The translations under genes were made by a program, and so were the position numbers. This document shows positions 7,968 through 17,665 of a DNA stretch of 64,000 bases, piece by piece. Position 1 is the stretch's first letter. Each line of letters begins with the position of its first letter. The notes below the pieces were generated by a model. It made no database searches. It was not told the DNA's origin and worked only from the letters and a program-made list of their open reading frames with translations. Source of the DNA: a virus; the IMG/VR virus record IMGVR_UViG_3300042013_000056, positions 32,001 to 96,000 of that record; one strand, written 5' to 3'.

Positions 7968-8285
7968 TTATTGGATGCCACCATAACGCCAGCTTTCGAC
8001 TTTCTTGGCGTCCAGCAAGTCGGCAACCGTTCCGCGTGGCTTGTTCTTAGCTGGGGCTTTCCACCCGGCAGACTTCCACAAATTGCCTTCTTGATCCATG
8101 AACCCCCAGCAATAACGGCGGTCGCTTACAGTTCCGTCCTGATTCACGTCCGTGCTAACAAGGCGTGTCCAGACCTTACCCGGTTCAGCAGATAGAAGCT
8201 TTTGACCATGCGGGCCACCGGTAGCGTTCAGAGTGGTGGTTGCGAATTCCAGACCTTCGGCTAGTTGTTTGATCAATTCCGACAT
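7968..8285 (-). CDS. Hypothetical phage protein (WKAPAK-motif family)
   Basis: GFMD..GNLWKSAGWKAPAK..RG; start moved to ATG 8285 below promoter. Confidence 0.7.
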   Translation of the reverse strand: MSELIKQLAEGLEFATTTLNATGGPHGQKLLSAEPGKVWTRLVSTDVNQDGTVSDRRYCWGFMDQEGNLWKSAGWKAPAKNKPRGTVADLLDAKKVESWRYGGIQ

Positions 8286-8361
8286 TTTGTAACCCTCAAT
8301 TCGTTTGGTGTGTTTGTATTCTATCAAACCCCCAGCCGATTGCAAGGGGTTTGATTCAATT

Positions 8362-8736
8362 TTACATATCTTTTTTGCGCTTCACGTCTTGAGCATATCC
8401 ACCGATGTGCAATGCTTCCCGTACTTGCCAGTTACCCAACGCGTAACCACTTTCAGCGGTCATGTAACCGTTTTGAATCAACCACTCGCCCCCGGTAACC
8501 AAATAATGGTTATCATGACCCGGACGCATATCGGCAAAGCCACCCAATTCTTGCCATTCGCCACCAACCAACGCCGACACATAAATTTTGTGGTAGCAGT
8601 TAGTCATAGAATCATACCACCGAACACCTTTGATCGATATTTCTTGAAAGTTGTCGCATTTCGCGGTCAATGCGGCGGTGACCATTTTAGGGCCGTCTTG
8701 AGTTTGAATGCGGTAGTCGATGGTTTTCATGATCAT
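8362..8736 (-). CDS. Hypothetical early protein
   Basis: Own array promoter and AGGAA. Confidence 0.72.
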   Translation of the reverse strand: MIMKTIDYRIQTQDGPKMVTAALTAKCDNFQEISIKGVRWYDSMTNCYHKIYVSALVGGEWQELGGFADMRPGHDNHYLVTGGEWLIQNGYMTAESGYALGNWQVREALHIGGYAQDVKRKKDM

Positions 8737-8807
8737 GTTCCTGTGGTTGGGTGTGGTTGTATTGTAGCGGGGTTGTCGGTTTGATACAACCCCTATTTCG
8801 ATTCTTT

Positions 8808-9251
8808 TTAGTAGCCCCAGCTTTCACGGGCGTAGCGGTCAAGGTCGCCCATCAATTCAGCTTTGGACTTGTACAGGGGGCCAACAGTGCGCGGCATGCC
8901 TTGCGGGTTCAATACGCTGTCATGAATGTCTACCACACGCCACAGGCCGTGGCCTTGATGCCAGTAGCCTAAACCAGCATAACGGGTTTTCATGATTTTA
9001 AACGTACTGGTGATATTTGCAGATGCTGGCACGGTTTCGGCCTTTTCAATTTCATACGTGAACAGGGTTTGCCCGTGGCTACCGCGAAACTCGGCACCGT
9101 CCTTTACATCAAACCAGCTATTAAAGTCGCTGACTTGCAACACGCCGTCATGAACACGAACATCATAATAACGCCCGTCGATATAGATACCGTTCCCGAT
9201 ATTCAAATGGGCGCGGATTTTGCGAGCTGCTGCGTTAGGTGTGAGTATCAT
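8808..9251 (-). CDS. Hypothetical early protein
   Basis: Own array promoter and AAGGAA. Confidence 0.72.
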   Translation of the reverse strand: MILTPNAAARKIRAHLNIGNGIYIDGRYYDVRVHDGVLQVSDFNSWFDVKDGAEFRGSHGQTLFTYEIEKAETVPASANITSTFKIMKTRYAGLGYWHQGHGLWRVVDIHDSVLNPQGMPRTVGPLYKSKAELMGDLDRYARESWGY

Positions 9252-9331
9252 TTTCTAATTCCTTATGTCGGTTGGTGTAGGGTTATTCTATCAAACCACC
9301 CGAAAGAGTCAAGCGGTTTGATGTAATTATT

Positions 9332-9538
9332 TTACTGTTCTTTGATACTGGTAGTGTTGCCGTTCAACATGGCTATAACAAACACCGTGTTTAGATGTTT
9401 GATGATATACCTACGGTGTGCGCCTTTCTCACTTTCCCAGTCCTGCAAGTCCAACACCACACCATAGCGGCAAAGTTCTTTTTTGACGGCTTCCAGTTCG
9501 TTAGCCTGTATCGCTATCAGGATTTGCAATAGTGTCAT
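9332..9538 (-). CDS. Hypothetical early protein
   Basis: Start moved to ATG 9538 after GGGAG; own promoter. Confidence 0.7.
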   Translation of the reverse strand: MTLLQILIAIQANELEAVKKELCRYGVVLDLQDWESEKGAHRRYIIKHLNTVFVIAMLNGNTTSIKEQ

Positions 9539-9609
9539 GTCGATAACTCCCGGTTGGTGTATGGGAATGATAGAACCCCCTGACAATGATGTCAAGGGGT
9601 TTGATAGAA

Positions 9610-9915
9610 TTATTTTGCGTTCAATTTGTCCAGCCGTTGCTGTTGACGGAACGCCGACAATTCTTTTTTCCAACGCTTGCAAAACCATTTGTTATATGTC
9701 TGCAATGCCTTGAACGCAATTTCAAAGTTTGCCGAATCACGCCGCCATTCCGGGCTTGCCTTGACGCTATCCGGGGTTAACCCCATTGGCCCTACCGGGT
9801 ACTTGTTCAAATCATTAGACGCAGCATCACAGGCCGCGTTTAGTTGATCTTGCTTAGCCTTTGCCTGTTCAAAAGACATAAGCGAATTACCGATTTCTTC
9901 TAGGGACATGAACAT
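9610..9915 (-). CDS. Hypothetical early protein (MGLTPD.VK.SPEW motif)
   Basis: Start moved to ATG 9915 after GGGAG; own promoter. Confidence 0.7.
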   Translation of the reverse strand: MFMSLEEIGNSLMSFEQAKAKQDQLNAACDAASNDLNKYPVGPMGLTPDSVKASPEWRRDSANFEIAFKALQTYNKWFCKRWKKELSAFRQQQRLDKLNAK

Positions 9916-9990
9916 TTTGATAACTCCCGGTTGGTGTGGTTGTATTCTATCAAACCCCACGCCGATTGCAAGGGGTTTGATAAATTCTTT

Positions 9991-10296
9991 TTACTTGACC
10001 AGACCCGCCGCCATGCAAGCCTTTGCCCAGTAGCGTTGGGAACGTGCATCCTTGCCGGGGTGAATCGCTTTAATGGTGTGGCTACCGTCCGTGTGTAGCT
10101 CGCCTTCGGTAGACAGCCAATCCGGTGTGCCGGGGTAGCAATTCGACTGTGTGAAGCCTTCGCGGTCGATATAGTCCACCAGTTCGCGGAAACCATAATC
10201 AACATCTTCAAATTCAAAACCGCGTTCATCAGTTTCGCCCGCTTCTATTGCTTCTTGCGACCATTCCTCATACGTTACGGAAATTTTGATACCCAT
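9991..10296 (-). CDS. Hypothetical acidic early protein
   Basis: Own promoter, AGGGG RBS. Confidence 0.72.
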   Translation of the reverse strand: MGIKISVTYEEWSQEAIEAGETDERGFEFEDVDYGFRELVDYIDREGFTQSNCYPGTPDWLSTEGELHTDGSHTIKAIHPGKDARSQRYWAKACMAAGLVK

Positions 10297-10376
10297 GATA
10301 CAAACCCCTGTTTTCGTTGGTGTGCCGGTATTCTATCAAACCGCCTGATAGTGTCAAGCGGTTTGATAAATTCTTT

Positions 10377-10703
10377 TTAGTCCGTCCGCTTGCCGATTGT
10401 TCGGGCGACGATAGCCACAAATTCCTCATACTCGGCCTTTGCAGCCTCATCACACGCCAGCCATTCACCGAAGTTCGGGGATTGGATCATTACGATATCT
10501 TCGCGGCTGTCAACCCCTTTCGGAATCAAATGCTGTTCATAGCTCGCCACACTGCCGACCGAATGAATCCGAAAGATAAACGCCCGGTAACCGAATATAA
10601 TCGATTGGTCAAGCGTATGCATGGTGAACTTGTATTTAAATTTCTTGCCGCCGTTCTTGACCAGTGCGGCAACAAACGCTTTTGTCATTGGATGTTGTTT
10701 CAT
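10377..10703 (-). CDS. Hypothetical early protein
   Basis: Start moved to ATG 10703; own promoter. Confidence 0.7.
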   Translation of the reverse strand: MKQHPMTKAFVAALVKNGGKKFKYKFTMHTLDQSIIFGYRAFIFRIHSVGSVASYEQHLIPKGVDSREDIVMIQSPNFGEWLACDEAAKAEYEEFVAIVARTIGKRTD

Positions 10704-10791
10704 GTTGTAGCCCCTTTCCGGTTGGTGTGTGGTCATTATGGGGCTATATCAAACCCCTGTCAACAGGTTTGATACAAATATTTTGAGCAAC

Positions 10792-10813
10792 AAAAAAGCC
10801 CCGAAGGGCTTTT
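10792..10813 (-). terminator. Intrinsic terminator (UUCG loop)
   Basis: Minus strand AGCCC-UUCG-GGGCU-UUUUU. Confidence 0.82.
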
Positions 10814-11015
10814 AGTTGATACCTTGCAACTCCCGCCAGATGTCGCCCAACCGCTGTTCAACATCTTGAATCGATATGTAACCCTGTAGCTCGCTTTCCC
10901 CTGTAAATTTAGGGCTTGCCAGATACGCCCGGAACGCTTGCAGGCTGTCATCTGCTAGGTTAATGCGGCTGGTAAGGTTGTCTATCTCGACTTGCTTGGC
11001 GTTGACTGTAGGCAT
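10812..11015 (-). CDS. Hypothetical early protein
   Basis: Own promoter, AGGGG RBS. Confidence 0.68.
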   Translation of the reverse strand: MPTVNAKQVEIDNLTSRINLADDSLQAFRAYLASPKFTGESELQGYISIQDVEQRLGDIWRELQGIN

Positions 11016-11094
11016 TTTCAAACCCCTGTTTTGGTTGGTGTGGGGTCATTATGATGCAACATCGAACGCACGTCAAGCGGTTTGATGCAATTAA

Positions 11095-11310
11095 TTAAGC
11101 AGCCATAGCCGCCGCTTCGGCTGCAAAACGCTTTAGACGGGCTTTGCAGTTACGCCACGACCTACGGTCACTAGGCGTTGAACTGGTAAACACTGGTTTA
11201 GTTCCCGGCATGAAAAATTTTAGGTGTTTGCCGTTTGTTTGTTCTATACCCCAACCCAAACCCTTTGCATAGTCCACTAGGTCGCGCATATCACCATTTT
11301 TAATGTTCAT
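11095..11310 (-). CDS. HicA-like (dsRBD-fold) protein, orphan
   Basis: LVDYAKGLGWGIEQTNGKHLKF...STPSD pattern with the conserved His. Confidence 0.65.
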   Translation of the reverse strand: MNIKNGDMRDLVDYAKGLGWGIEQTNGKHLKFFMPGTKPVFTSSTPSDRRSWRNCKARLKRFAAEAAAMAA

Positions 11311-11373
11311 ATCAAACCCTTATGTTTTATTGATAATAGATTGTTGCATTGAAACAAAATAAAGTCAAGCGGT

Positions 11374-11718
11374 TCAAGCGGTTTTGATTTCGTGTATCAG
11401 TTCCAGAACTTGCGGGCATTCTGACAGTTCATCACCTAACCGCAAGTGTTTAAAGTCCTTTGATGCAACCCGGTACAGGTGTCGGAATAATCCGCTGTTG
11501 ATGTAGTCCGGGTGTGAGTATGCAGCAACCACCCGACCCAATTTGCTGCTATGGCTAGCCACAAGCAACACAGCGACCGAACGCCCGTGAACCTGATAGA
11601 CATATCGGTTTGAGCCGTTGAACGTCTTAAACAGCGTTACAGACGGCCCAACCAAATAGCCGGTTTCCTTATCGGTGATGGTTGGGCATTGGTTACAGGG
11701 TGCAAGTAGACTATCCAT
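11374..11718 (-). CDS. Hypothetical protein, weak GNAT-like C-terminal pattern
   Basis: VVAAYSHPDYINSGLFRHLY. Confidence 0.4.
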   Translation of the reverse strand: MDSLLAPCNQCPTITDKETGYLVGPSVTLFKTFNGSNRYVYQVHGRSVAVLLVASHSSKLGRVVAAYSHPDYINSGLFRHLYRVASKDFKHLRLGDELSECPQVLELIHEIKTA

Positions 11719-11734
11719 AACCAACCCCTATCGA

Positions 11735-12148
11735 TTAGACCGATTTGATAATTTCTGCGTTCTTTTCATACCATGCCAACATTTTTTGCAGGGCTTCGGC
11801 TGGTGTCTTGCCTTTGATCTTGCGGAATTTCAAACCAGCGTTACGCAAGTGATGCGACCATGATAACAATTCAATGTCAAATGAATTTGCGACGTTGTGT
11901 TGACTGTTACCATTCAAGTGCATCATGAAACGCATTTGACCGGTTGCATTCAACAGGATACCGCTTGCGCATTCGGATTTGTCCGCGACGTTGTAAAAAT
12001 CAATTACCACATTGTCACCCAAACTTTTGTAAGGGCGGGCTTTTGCCAGAAAGGTCGGGAACAGTTGTTTTATGCCAGTGTTAAAGGCTTCGCAACCTTC
12101 GGCGGCGTTGGCTACTGCATCTTGAATCAATTGGATTTGAGTTTTCAT
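11735..12148 (-). CDS. Hypothetical early protein
   Basis: Own palindromic promoter. Confidence 0.72.
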   Translation of the reverse strand: MKTQIQLIQDAVANAAEGCEAFNTGIKQLFPTFLAKARPYKSLGDNVVIDFYNVADKSECASGILLNATGQMRFMMHLNGNSQHNVANSFDIELLSWSHHLRNAGLKFRKIKGKTPAEALQKMLAWYEKNAEIIKSV

Positions 12149-12225
12149 GTTCCGGCTTCCTGTGGTTGGTATGGGTTAGTGTAGCGGGGTTGTAGGTTTG
12201 ATACAACCCCCTTTAGCAATTTATT

Positions 12226-12546
12226 TTAGTACCGGGTTACTTTGTCCGGGTTGTCTTTAATCCATTGTTGCAACCGGGCCTGACCTTCGGCTTCTGATTC
12301 TTTAATCAGTTCCGACACCTTATGCGGGAACCAATACGCTTCGCAATCCATATAGATAAACCGGTCATACTTCGACAAATCGTTGGTTGTGTCAAACCCG
12401 ATAATTTCACGACCGGGGAAAATAACCCCGTAATCGTTGATGAATGTAACGATGTCACCGACCTTTAGGTCACACCCTACCGGGGCTTCTTGATCCAGTT
12501 TGGCGGCGAATGCTTCGATGTCGCCGTGGCCTGTACGATTTTTCAT
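12226..12546 (-). CDS. Hypothetical early protein (SH3/KOW-like start)
   Basis: LKVGDIVTFINDYG; own promoter. Confidence 0.7.
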   Translation of the reverse strand: MKNRTGHGDIEAFAAKLDQEAPVGCDLKVGDIVTFINDYGVIFPGREIIGFDTTNDLSKYDRFIYMDCEAYWFPHKVSELIKESEAEGQARLQQWIKDNPDKVTRY

Positions 12547-12616
12547 GATTTCGGTTCCTGTGGTTGATGTTGGGTAGTGTAGCGGGGTTGTAGGTTTGAT
12601 ACAACCCCTATTTTGA

Positions 12617-12991
12617 TTATTCGGTGAAATAATCCCGGCTCAAACTGTGCGACCCGAATTCAACGTGTGGAACCTTCAAATCAATGTCATAATCGAACAA
12701 CCCGACACCGTGGCCCATTGCTTGCATGGCTGCATAATGGCCCCATTCTTGCGCCTTGAGTTCGTTGGTAGCGTTGTTGCTTTCGTACAAGCTTGCAACC
12801 GGCATGCCGTGCATCAGTTCGAGCTGAAAAGTCAGGGTATCAGCCGCATGCAACGCCGCCGAATCGATCACAGCGGGCAATTGATCCATGATTTCGCCGT
12901 GCAATGATTGGCCGCAATCGTCTGCCATGTCAGCATAAGCCGAACCGAAAAACGCTAGTGCCATGCCTTTCTTGATTTGTTCTTGAGACAT
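12617..12991 (-). CDS. Hypothetical acidic early protein
   Basis: Start moved to ATG 12991 after AGGAG; own promoter. Confidence 0.72.
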   Translation of the reverse strand: MSQEQIKKGMALAFFGSAYADMADDCGQSLHGEIMDQLPAVIDSAALHAADTLTFQLELMHGMPVASLYESNNATNELKAQEWGHYAAMQAMGHGVGLFDYDIDLKVPHVEFGSHSLSRDYFTE

Positions 12992-13107
12992 TTTTGTAAC
13001 TCCTGATTTGGTTGGTGTGTAGAGATTATGGGCTTGATTGATATGGCTGTCAACAGGTTTGATACAAATATTTTTAGATATGAAAAAGCCCCGGTTAAGG
13101 GGCTTCT

Positions 13108-13305
13108 TTACTTGACAAGCTCTAAATCCGCTTGGTTCCAATACTTGCAGCCGCGCAAATCTTGATCTAACCAAACTTCGCCGTCTTTACCGTAACAGGC
13201 CCGGATATTCGCCTGATGGTTGTCTTCCCGACCATCCGGGCAACCGTCCCAACTTGCCAACACATCCGGCTTTAGTTGTACGGTGTCGCCTTTCTTGAGT
13301 GACAT
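13108..13305 (-). CDS. Small hypothetical protein (SH3-like)
   Basis: LKKGDTVQL. Confidence 0.65.
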   Translation of the reverse strand: MSLKKGDTVQLKPDVLASWDGCPDGREDNHQANIRACYGKDGEVWLDQDLRGCKYWNQADLELVK

Positions 13306-13315
13306 GATTAACCCC

Positions 13316-13567
13316 TTAAACGTCGTTGGTAACCCAATTATCTTTCATGTGGAAAGATTCGCCGTTATCGAAACGCACGCTCAATTCATAACCCGGTTTG
13401 AACGTGTGAGTTACTTCGCCTTTCATGCCAACCGAAAGCTTTTTCAGGAAGCTATCACTTGGATAGTTAGGGGTCACACACGACCGGTTTGAGCTGTGCA
13501 TTGTATCGATGTTGGTTTGGGTTAGAACTACACGATCACCAACTTCGCGATGTACTGGCATGACCAT
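13316..13567 (-). CDS. Small hypothetical protein (SH3-like)
   Basis: EVGDRVVL...GMKGEVT; own promoter. Confidence 0.65.
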   Translation of the reverse strand: MVMPVHREVGDRVVLTQTNIDTMHSSNRSCVTPNYPSDSFLKKLSVGMKGEVTHTFKPGYELSVRFDNGESFHMKDNWVTNDV

Positions 13568-13659
13568 TTTTGTATCTCCGGTTTAGAAGGCGTTTTGCCT
13601 TTCGATGTGGTTATTCTAACAGGTTGATTGAATGCGTCAAGCGGTTTGATAGAAATATT

Positions 13660-13959
13660 TCAAAATTTTTGAATCGGGCTTACCAGTTCGTCAACTAACC
13701 GGCGATCATTGGGTAACAGGTCGCCGGGGATAGCCCATTGGCCGTTGATGCGTTCCAGCTTGATAACCCGACCGGATGGCAGTCGAAACGTCGTCAAGGC
13801 GTCTGTAGGCTGTTCAGGACGGCATTTCGCACCGTCGTACAGTTCATCTGCCAGATACTGCGCACGTTTGACACATTGGGATTCTGTAAGGTGTAGGGCT
13901 TGTACTCTTTCCATCATACCGAAAGGCGTATCGGTCAAGGCAAACAGTGTATACAACAT
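13660..13959 (-). CDS. Hypothetical protein
   Basis: Coupled (TAATG) to the upstream ORF. Confidence 0.68.
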   Translation of the reverse strand: MLYTLFALTDTPFGMMERVQALHLTESQCVKRAQYLADELYDGAKCRPEQPTDALTTFRLPSGRVIKLERINGQWAIPGDLLPNDRRLVDELVSPIQKF

Positions 13960-14204
13960 TACAAACCCCCCAAATCAGCATTGATACCGAAAATATCAAC
14001 GTCTTTAACATCAGTAAAATCAAGGGCCATGCATTTAGCCATGTAATCATCAGGCCCGCGGCGACCAATATTAAAAACATTACCCATATAATAAGCGATA
14101 ATTTCGTCCTCAGTTCCATTGATTTCGGTGTTAGTGGTAAATTCTTTACCATCTTCACCTTTCCACGTTAATTTTATGGTACGGCGGCGGGCTACTTGTG
14201 ACAT
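13959..14204 (-). CDS. Hypothetical early protein
   Basis: Own promoter, AAGGAA. Confidence 0.7.
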   Translation of the reverse strand: MSQVARRRTIKLTWKGEDGKEFTTNTEINGTEDEIIAYYMGNVFNIGRRGPDDYMAKCMALDFTDVKDVDIFGINADLGGL

Positions 14205-14324
14205 GTTGGCGGTTCCTTGTGTTGTTTGGCTTTCTTGTGGTTATTCTAGCAGGTGGTTTGATATAGTCAAGGGTTTGATACAAATATTTTTAGGCGACAA
14301 AAAGCCCCATAACGGGGCTTCTTA

Positions 14325-14522
14325 TCAGTACATTGCTTGCTGGGTCAATTCGTTGACCACGGTTTTTGCAGTGTGTTCACTCAGACCGGCACGTTGGCAC
14401 ACATCATTGGCGTCTAGAACCATCCAGCGCCCCGACATGACGTTAAATTCAGCCCGGTAGGCCATGGGCTGGCTTGTGGTTGGTGTGGCTTGTACGGCGT
14501 TTAGCGGGATTACGTGGAACAT
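14325..14522 (-). CDS. Hypothetical protein
   Basis: GGGG RBS before ATG 14522; terminator downstream. Confidence 0.6.
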   Translation of the reverse strand: MFHVIPLNAVQATPTTSQPMAYRAEFNVMSGRWMVLDANDVCQRAGLSEHTAKTVVNELTQQAMY

Positions 14523-14588
14523 TGCATTACCCCCAATTAACACAAAAAGCGGCCTATGCTAGCATATCACAGGCCGTTGTCAAATCCT

Positions 14589-14894
14589 TTACAGATGGCA
14601 GTCCAACCCGGTCGCGGCTGTAAATTCAGATTGCAACATGTCGGCATAGTTGCCTTCTGACTTGTGAACCAATTTCAGGTTAACGCCGTGAAAGTTGTAA
14701 AATTCAATGTCGTACAGGTCAGCCGGTGTCAAGATAATTTTCACCAAATTGATTTTATCTTTCGCAAAATTGGACGGTAGTTTGAACTGTAGGAAATTTT
14801 CACCACCTACAAACTGTTTCGCGCCAGTCATTGCGATAAACTTGTTACCGCCGATTTGTTCTAGGATGGTATTTGCTACGGTCAGATTCGACAT
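14589..14894 (-). CDS. Hypothetical phage protein (ILEQIGG..F.AMTGAK motif)
   Basis: Own promoter; motif recurrent in phage hypotheticals as recalled. Confidence 0.72.
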   Translation of the reverse strand: MSNLTVANTILEQIGGNKFIAMTGAKQFVGGENFLQFKLPSNFAKDKINLVKIILTPADLYDIEFYNFHGVNLKLVHKSEGNYADMLQSEFTAATGLDCHL

Positions 14895-14968
14895 TTTGAA
14901 AACCCTTGTTTCGGTTGGTGTGGTTGCAGTTTAACACCTTTGTATCAAACTGCAACCCCTTTTCGAAA

Positions 14969-15430
14969 TTAAATATTCAGTTCCAACCCTTTGCGAATCA
15001 ATTCAATGGTAAGGGTTACCGCTTTTTCTTGTGCTTCTTTAAAACCCTTCGCGGTAAACTTTTGTTCTTTTACATCCTCACCATATTGACCACCTTTAAC
15101 GCACAATGTCCATGATTCACTTGACTTATAACGGGAAATTGCCAAATGGTTGTTATATGGGCTGGTGTCCTCATGCAAACCATTGATCAGGTAAACGATT
15201 TGTTTGGACTCACAAAACAAATCTTTCATCCAGTCAGCGGCTATCAAAAATTCGCATGCTTGTACAGCATCAAAAATTTTATACGAATAATCTGCATCAT
15301 CTGTAGATGTTGCATTTTCCACTGCATCATCTATTTCATCATCAAGTTTGGACAGGATAGCCAACGCCAACTGATTATCATCAGTTAGTGCCTTGTGTTC
15401 CAGTTGGGACAAACTTAGTTGATTAATCAT
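14969..15430 (-). CDS. Hypothetical acidic early protein
   Basis: Own palindromic promoter, AAGGAA. Confidence 0.72.
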   Translation of the reverse strand: MINQLSLSQLEHKALTDDNQLALAILSKLDDEIDDAVENATSTDDADYSYKIFDAVQACEFLIAADWMKDLFCESKQIVYLINGLHEDTSPYNNHLAISRYKSSESWTLCVKGGQYGEDVKEQKFTAKGFKEAQEKAVTLTIELIRKGLELNI

Positions 15431-15502
15431 GATTCAAATTCCTTTCAGTGGGTGTATGAGCATTGTATAGGGGTTGTATCAAACCTACAACCCCTATCGA
15501 AA

Positions 15503-15754
15503 TTAAATTTTACCGAACAGCCACAGGCTTTCCGGGGCTTGCGACGGTGTGAAGCGATACAGCCTCACATAACCATCAGCCATAACCACTATAAACACCA
15601 CGCTAGCCACGCGGGAATCTTCCAGAACGCGACGGGCTGCCATTCGGGCTTCGGCATACGTGGTTGTATATTCACCGTTGCCGACCTTTGCCAAATGGTC
15701 TAGTTCGAACAGTTCACGCAGTGGGGAAAGCTTGCTAGGAAGTTGGAAAGCCAT
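15503..15754 (-). CDS. Hypothetical early protein
   Basis: Start moved to ATG 15754; own promoter. Confidence 0.7.
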   Translation of the reverse strand: MAFQLPSKLSPLRELFELDHLAKVGNGEYTTTYAEARMAARRVLEDSRVASVVFIVVMADGYVRLYRFTPSQAPESLWLFGKI

Positions 15755-15831
15755 TTTAAAATTCCTTGTTTCGGTTGGTGTATGAGCATTGTATAGGGGT
15801 TGTATCAAACATACAACCCCTATTTTTAAAA

Positions 15832-16035
15832 TTATGCATTCAACCGGTCGGCATAGCCGCTTGCATAATAATATGCGCCTAGGTTGCTTGGTTGAACACC
15901 AATCGGATTATCCAAATTGAACTTAGCCACACACGCAGCATGGCTCATACCGTTTAGGTCGGCCTGTGCAGCTTCCCAACCTTTCATGTAGTCCGGTTGA
16001 TGTTGGGTGTGGGTAACTGTGCGGGGTGTGTTCAT
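15832..16035 (-). CDS. Hypothetical early protein
   Basis: Own promoter, AAGGAA. Confidence 0.7.
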   Translation of the reverse strand: MNTPRTVTHTQHQPDYMKGWEAAQADLNGMSHAACVAKFNLDNPIGVQPSNLGAYYYASGYADRLNA

Positions 16036-16112
16036 TTCAAAATTCCTTGTTTCGGTTGGTGTATGAGCATTGTATAGGGGTTGTATGTTTGATACAACCC
16101 CCCAATCGAAAA

Positions 16113-16349
16113 TTATTTTACTTTCAATTTCCCGGTCAATCCCATGGATTTTAGGTGGTTGATAATCTGTTCCACTACATTAGATTTCGTTTCACCGTAG
16201 AAAACAACCGGCTCACCAATTAGTTCAGCAACGTTTGTTTTAATTACGATCAAATCGCATTCACCTTCAAACCACACACGACCGGTCTGGATGTCGTTTT
16301 GTTCGAAAACATAAGCAGTAGCAGCCACAGCTAGTTTGGGGAAATTCAT
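16113..16349 (-). CDS. Hypothetical early protein
   Basis: Own promoter, GAGGA. Confidence 0.7.
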   Translation of the reverse strand: MNFPKLAVAATAYVFEQNDIQTGRVWFEGECDLIVIKTNVAELIGEPVVFYGETKSNVVEQIINHLKSMGLTGKLKVK

Positions 16350-16423
16350 TTTTGTATCCTCTTTCTGGTTGGTGTGACTGCATTATAAAGGGGTTGTAGG
16401 TTTGATACAACCCCTATTTTGAT

Positions 16424-16732
16424 TTAAATTTTGTCGAAAATTGCGCAGTTCGAGTAATTACCCAATACACGGGTTTTGTACTGTTCACCGTCAATCAACA
16501 CAATTTCACCATGTTGCAATGGGGTTTCAGAGTTCAGGCGGTCACGTTCGGCAACGTCGGCGGCTGTGTATTTGTCTTTCAGAACAGAACCGGTAGACAA
16601 GGCCCAATAGATGCCATCGCCAACTTTGTCATAGTCTTGTTTAAGGTGCGCAGTCATTACTCGACGGCCTGCATTCACGTTAAAGCTGTTGACTTGATCG
16701 AAAGAATCTGTAGCTAGGATCAGGGTTTTCAT
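16424..16732 (-). CDS. Hypothetical early protein
   Basis: Own promoter, AAGGAA. Confidence 0.72.
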   Translation of the reverse strand: MKTLILATDSFDQVNSFNVNAGRRVMTAHLKQDYDKVGDGIYWALSTGSVLKDKYTAADVAERDRLNSETPLQHGEIVLIDGEQYKTRVLGNYSNCAIFDKI

Positions 16733-16744
16733 TTTTCTATTCCT

Positions 16745-16811
16745 TGTTTCGGTTGGTGTGTAGAGATTATGGGACTATATCAAACCCCTGTCAACAGGTT
16801 TGATACAAATA
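16745..16811. repeat. 67-bp promoter/leader unit duplicated exactly at 22828..22894
   Basis: Identical TGTTTCGGTTGGTGTGTAGAGATTATGGGACTATATCAAACCCCTGTCAACAGGTTTGATACAAATA. Confidence 0.9.
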
Positions 16812-17015
16812 AATGAAAATAATTTCAGCCAGACATGGCATGGTGTATGCAGTGACAAAAATCATGCCAAGTCAAATCGCAGGCTCCTTCGGTGATTTCC
16901 TCCGAGCCGCCCCGGTAACACCAGTATAATTCTATCAAACCAACAATGCAACCTTTGATACAAATATTTTTAGGCAATAAAAAACCCCAGCGGTCCGGGG
17001 CTTTGTGTGGGGGTA

Positions 17016-17198
17016 TCACACCCCCAAACGATACCGATAGACGTAATAAAGAATTTGACCAGCAAACACAATACAGCATACCAACACAGCCGCAACAAAC
17101 CAGACATTAGCCGTCGTCTGGTTACGGCTGTAACGGTTGATAGCGAACCACAGACAGATTAGCAGTAGAACGCCAACCGTAACACCCAGAGTAATCAT
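17016..17198 (-). CDS. Small two-TM membrane protein
   Basis: Two hydrophobic stretches. Confidence 0.68.
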   Translation of the reverse strand: MITLGVTVGVLLLICLWFAINRYSRNQTTANVWFVAAVLVCCIVFAGQILYYVYRYRLGV

Positions 17199-17257
17199 AT
17201 GGCACCTGTTGATTAGTTAATAACCTATAGAACCATACAATCAATGGTGTGTCAAGG

Positions 17258-17464
17258 TTAAAGTTTATGCAGCTCTGTGCATTCGTATACGTGAACTGTG
17301 CAGCCGTTCGGCAACTGGTAATAGTTCATATTCCAGCGGATTGCATCAAACTCCTTTCCGTCATGTTCCAACAGATACGAGCGTTCATCATTTGAATAAT
17401 GACCATAGCGAAAGCCCGCTGTGGTCACCGTGTTGGATTTCAATTTGATTCGTACACGTTCCAC
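17258..17464 (-). CDS. Hypothetical protein
   Basis: Co-oriented ORF, GAGGG upstream. Confidence 0.62.
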   Translation of the reverse strand: MERVRIKLKSNTVTTAGFRYGHYSNDERSYLLEHDGKEFDAIRWNMNYYQLPNGCTVHVYECTELHKL

Positions 17465-17665
17465 AATACACCCTCAAACAAAACTGTAAATGATTGCGAC
17501 AACACCACACACCAGAATAGCCAGAAACATCCATGTAATAACCGCCGCACCGTCGCGGTCCAATTCTTTTTCCACTTGAAATTCGTTCAATTCGTTCATG
17601 TTGTCACCTTCTTGGTATGATTTGATATAGGGTCATTCTACAGGCTTTTGGGCATAATGCAAGGG

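Noticed and set aside
15755-15808. N-terminal extensions such as MIQPLYNAHTPTETRNFK and C-terminal KYLYQTC shared by several ORFs
   Set aside because: These are translations of the conserved promoter/leader DNA, not a protein motif; starts were moved downstream
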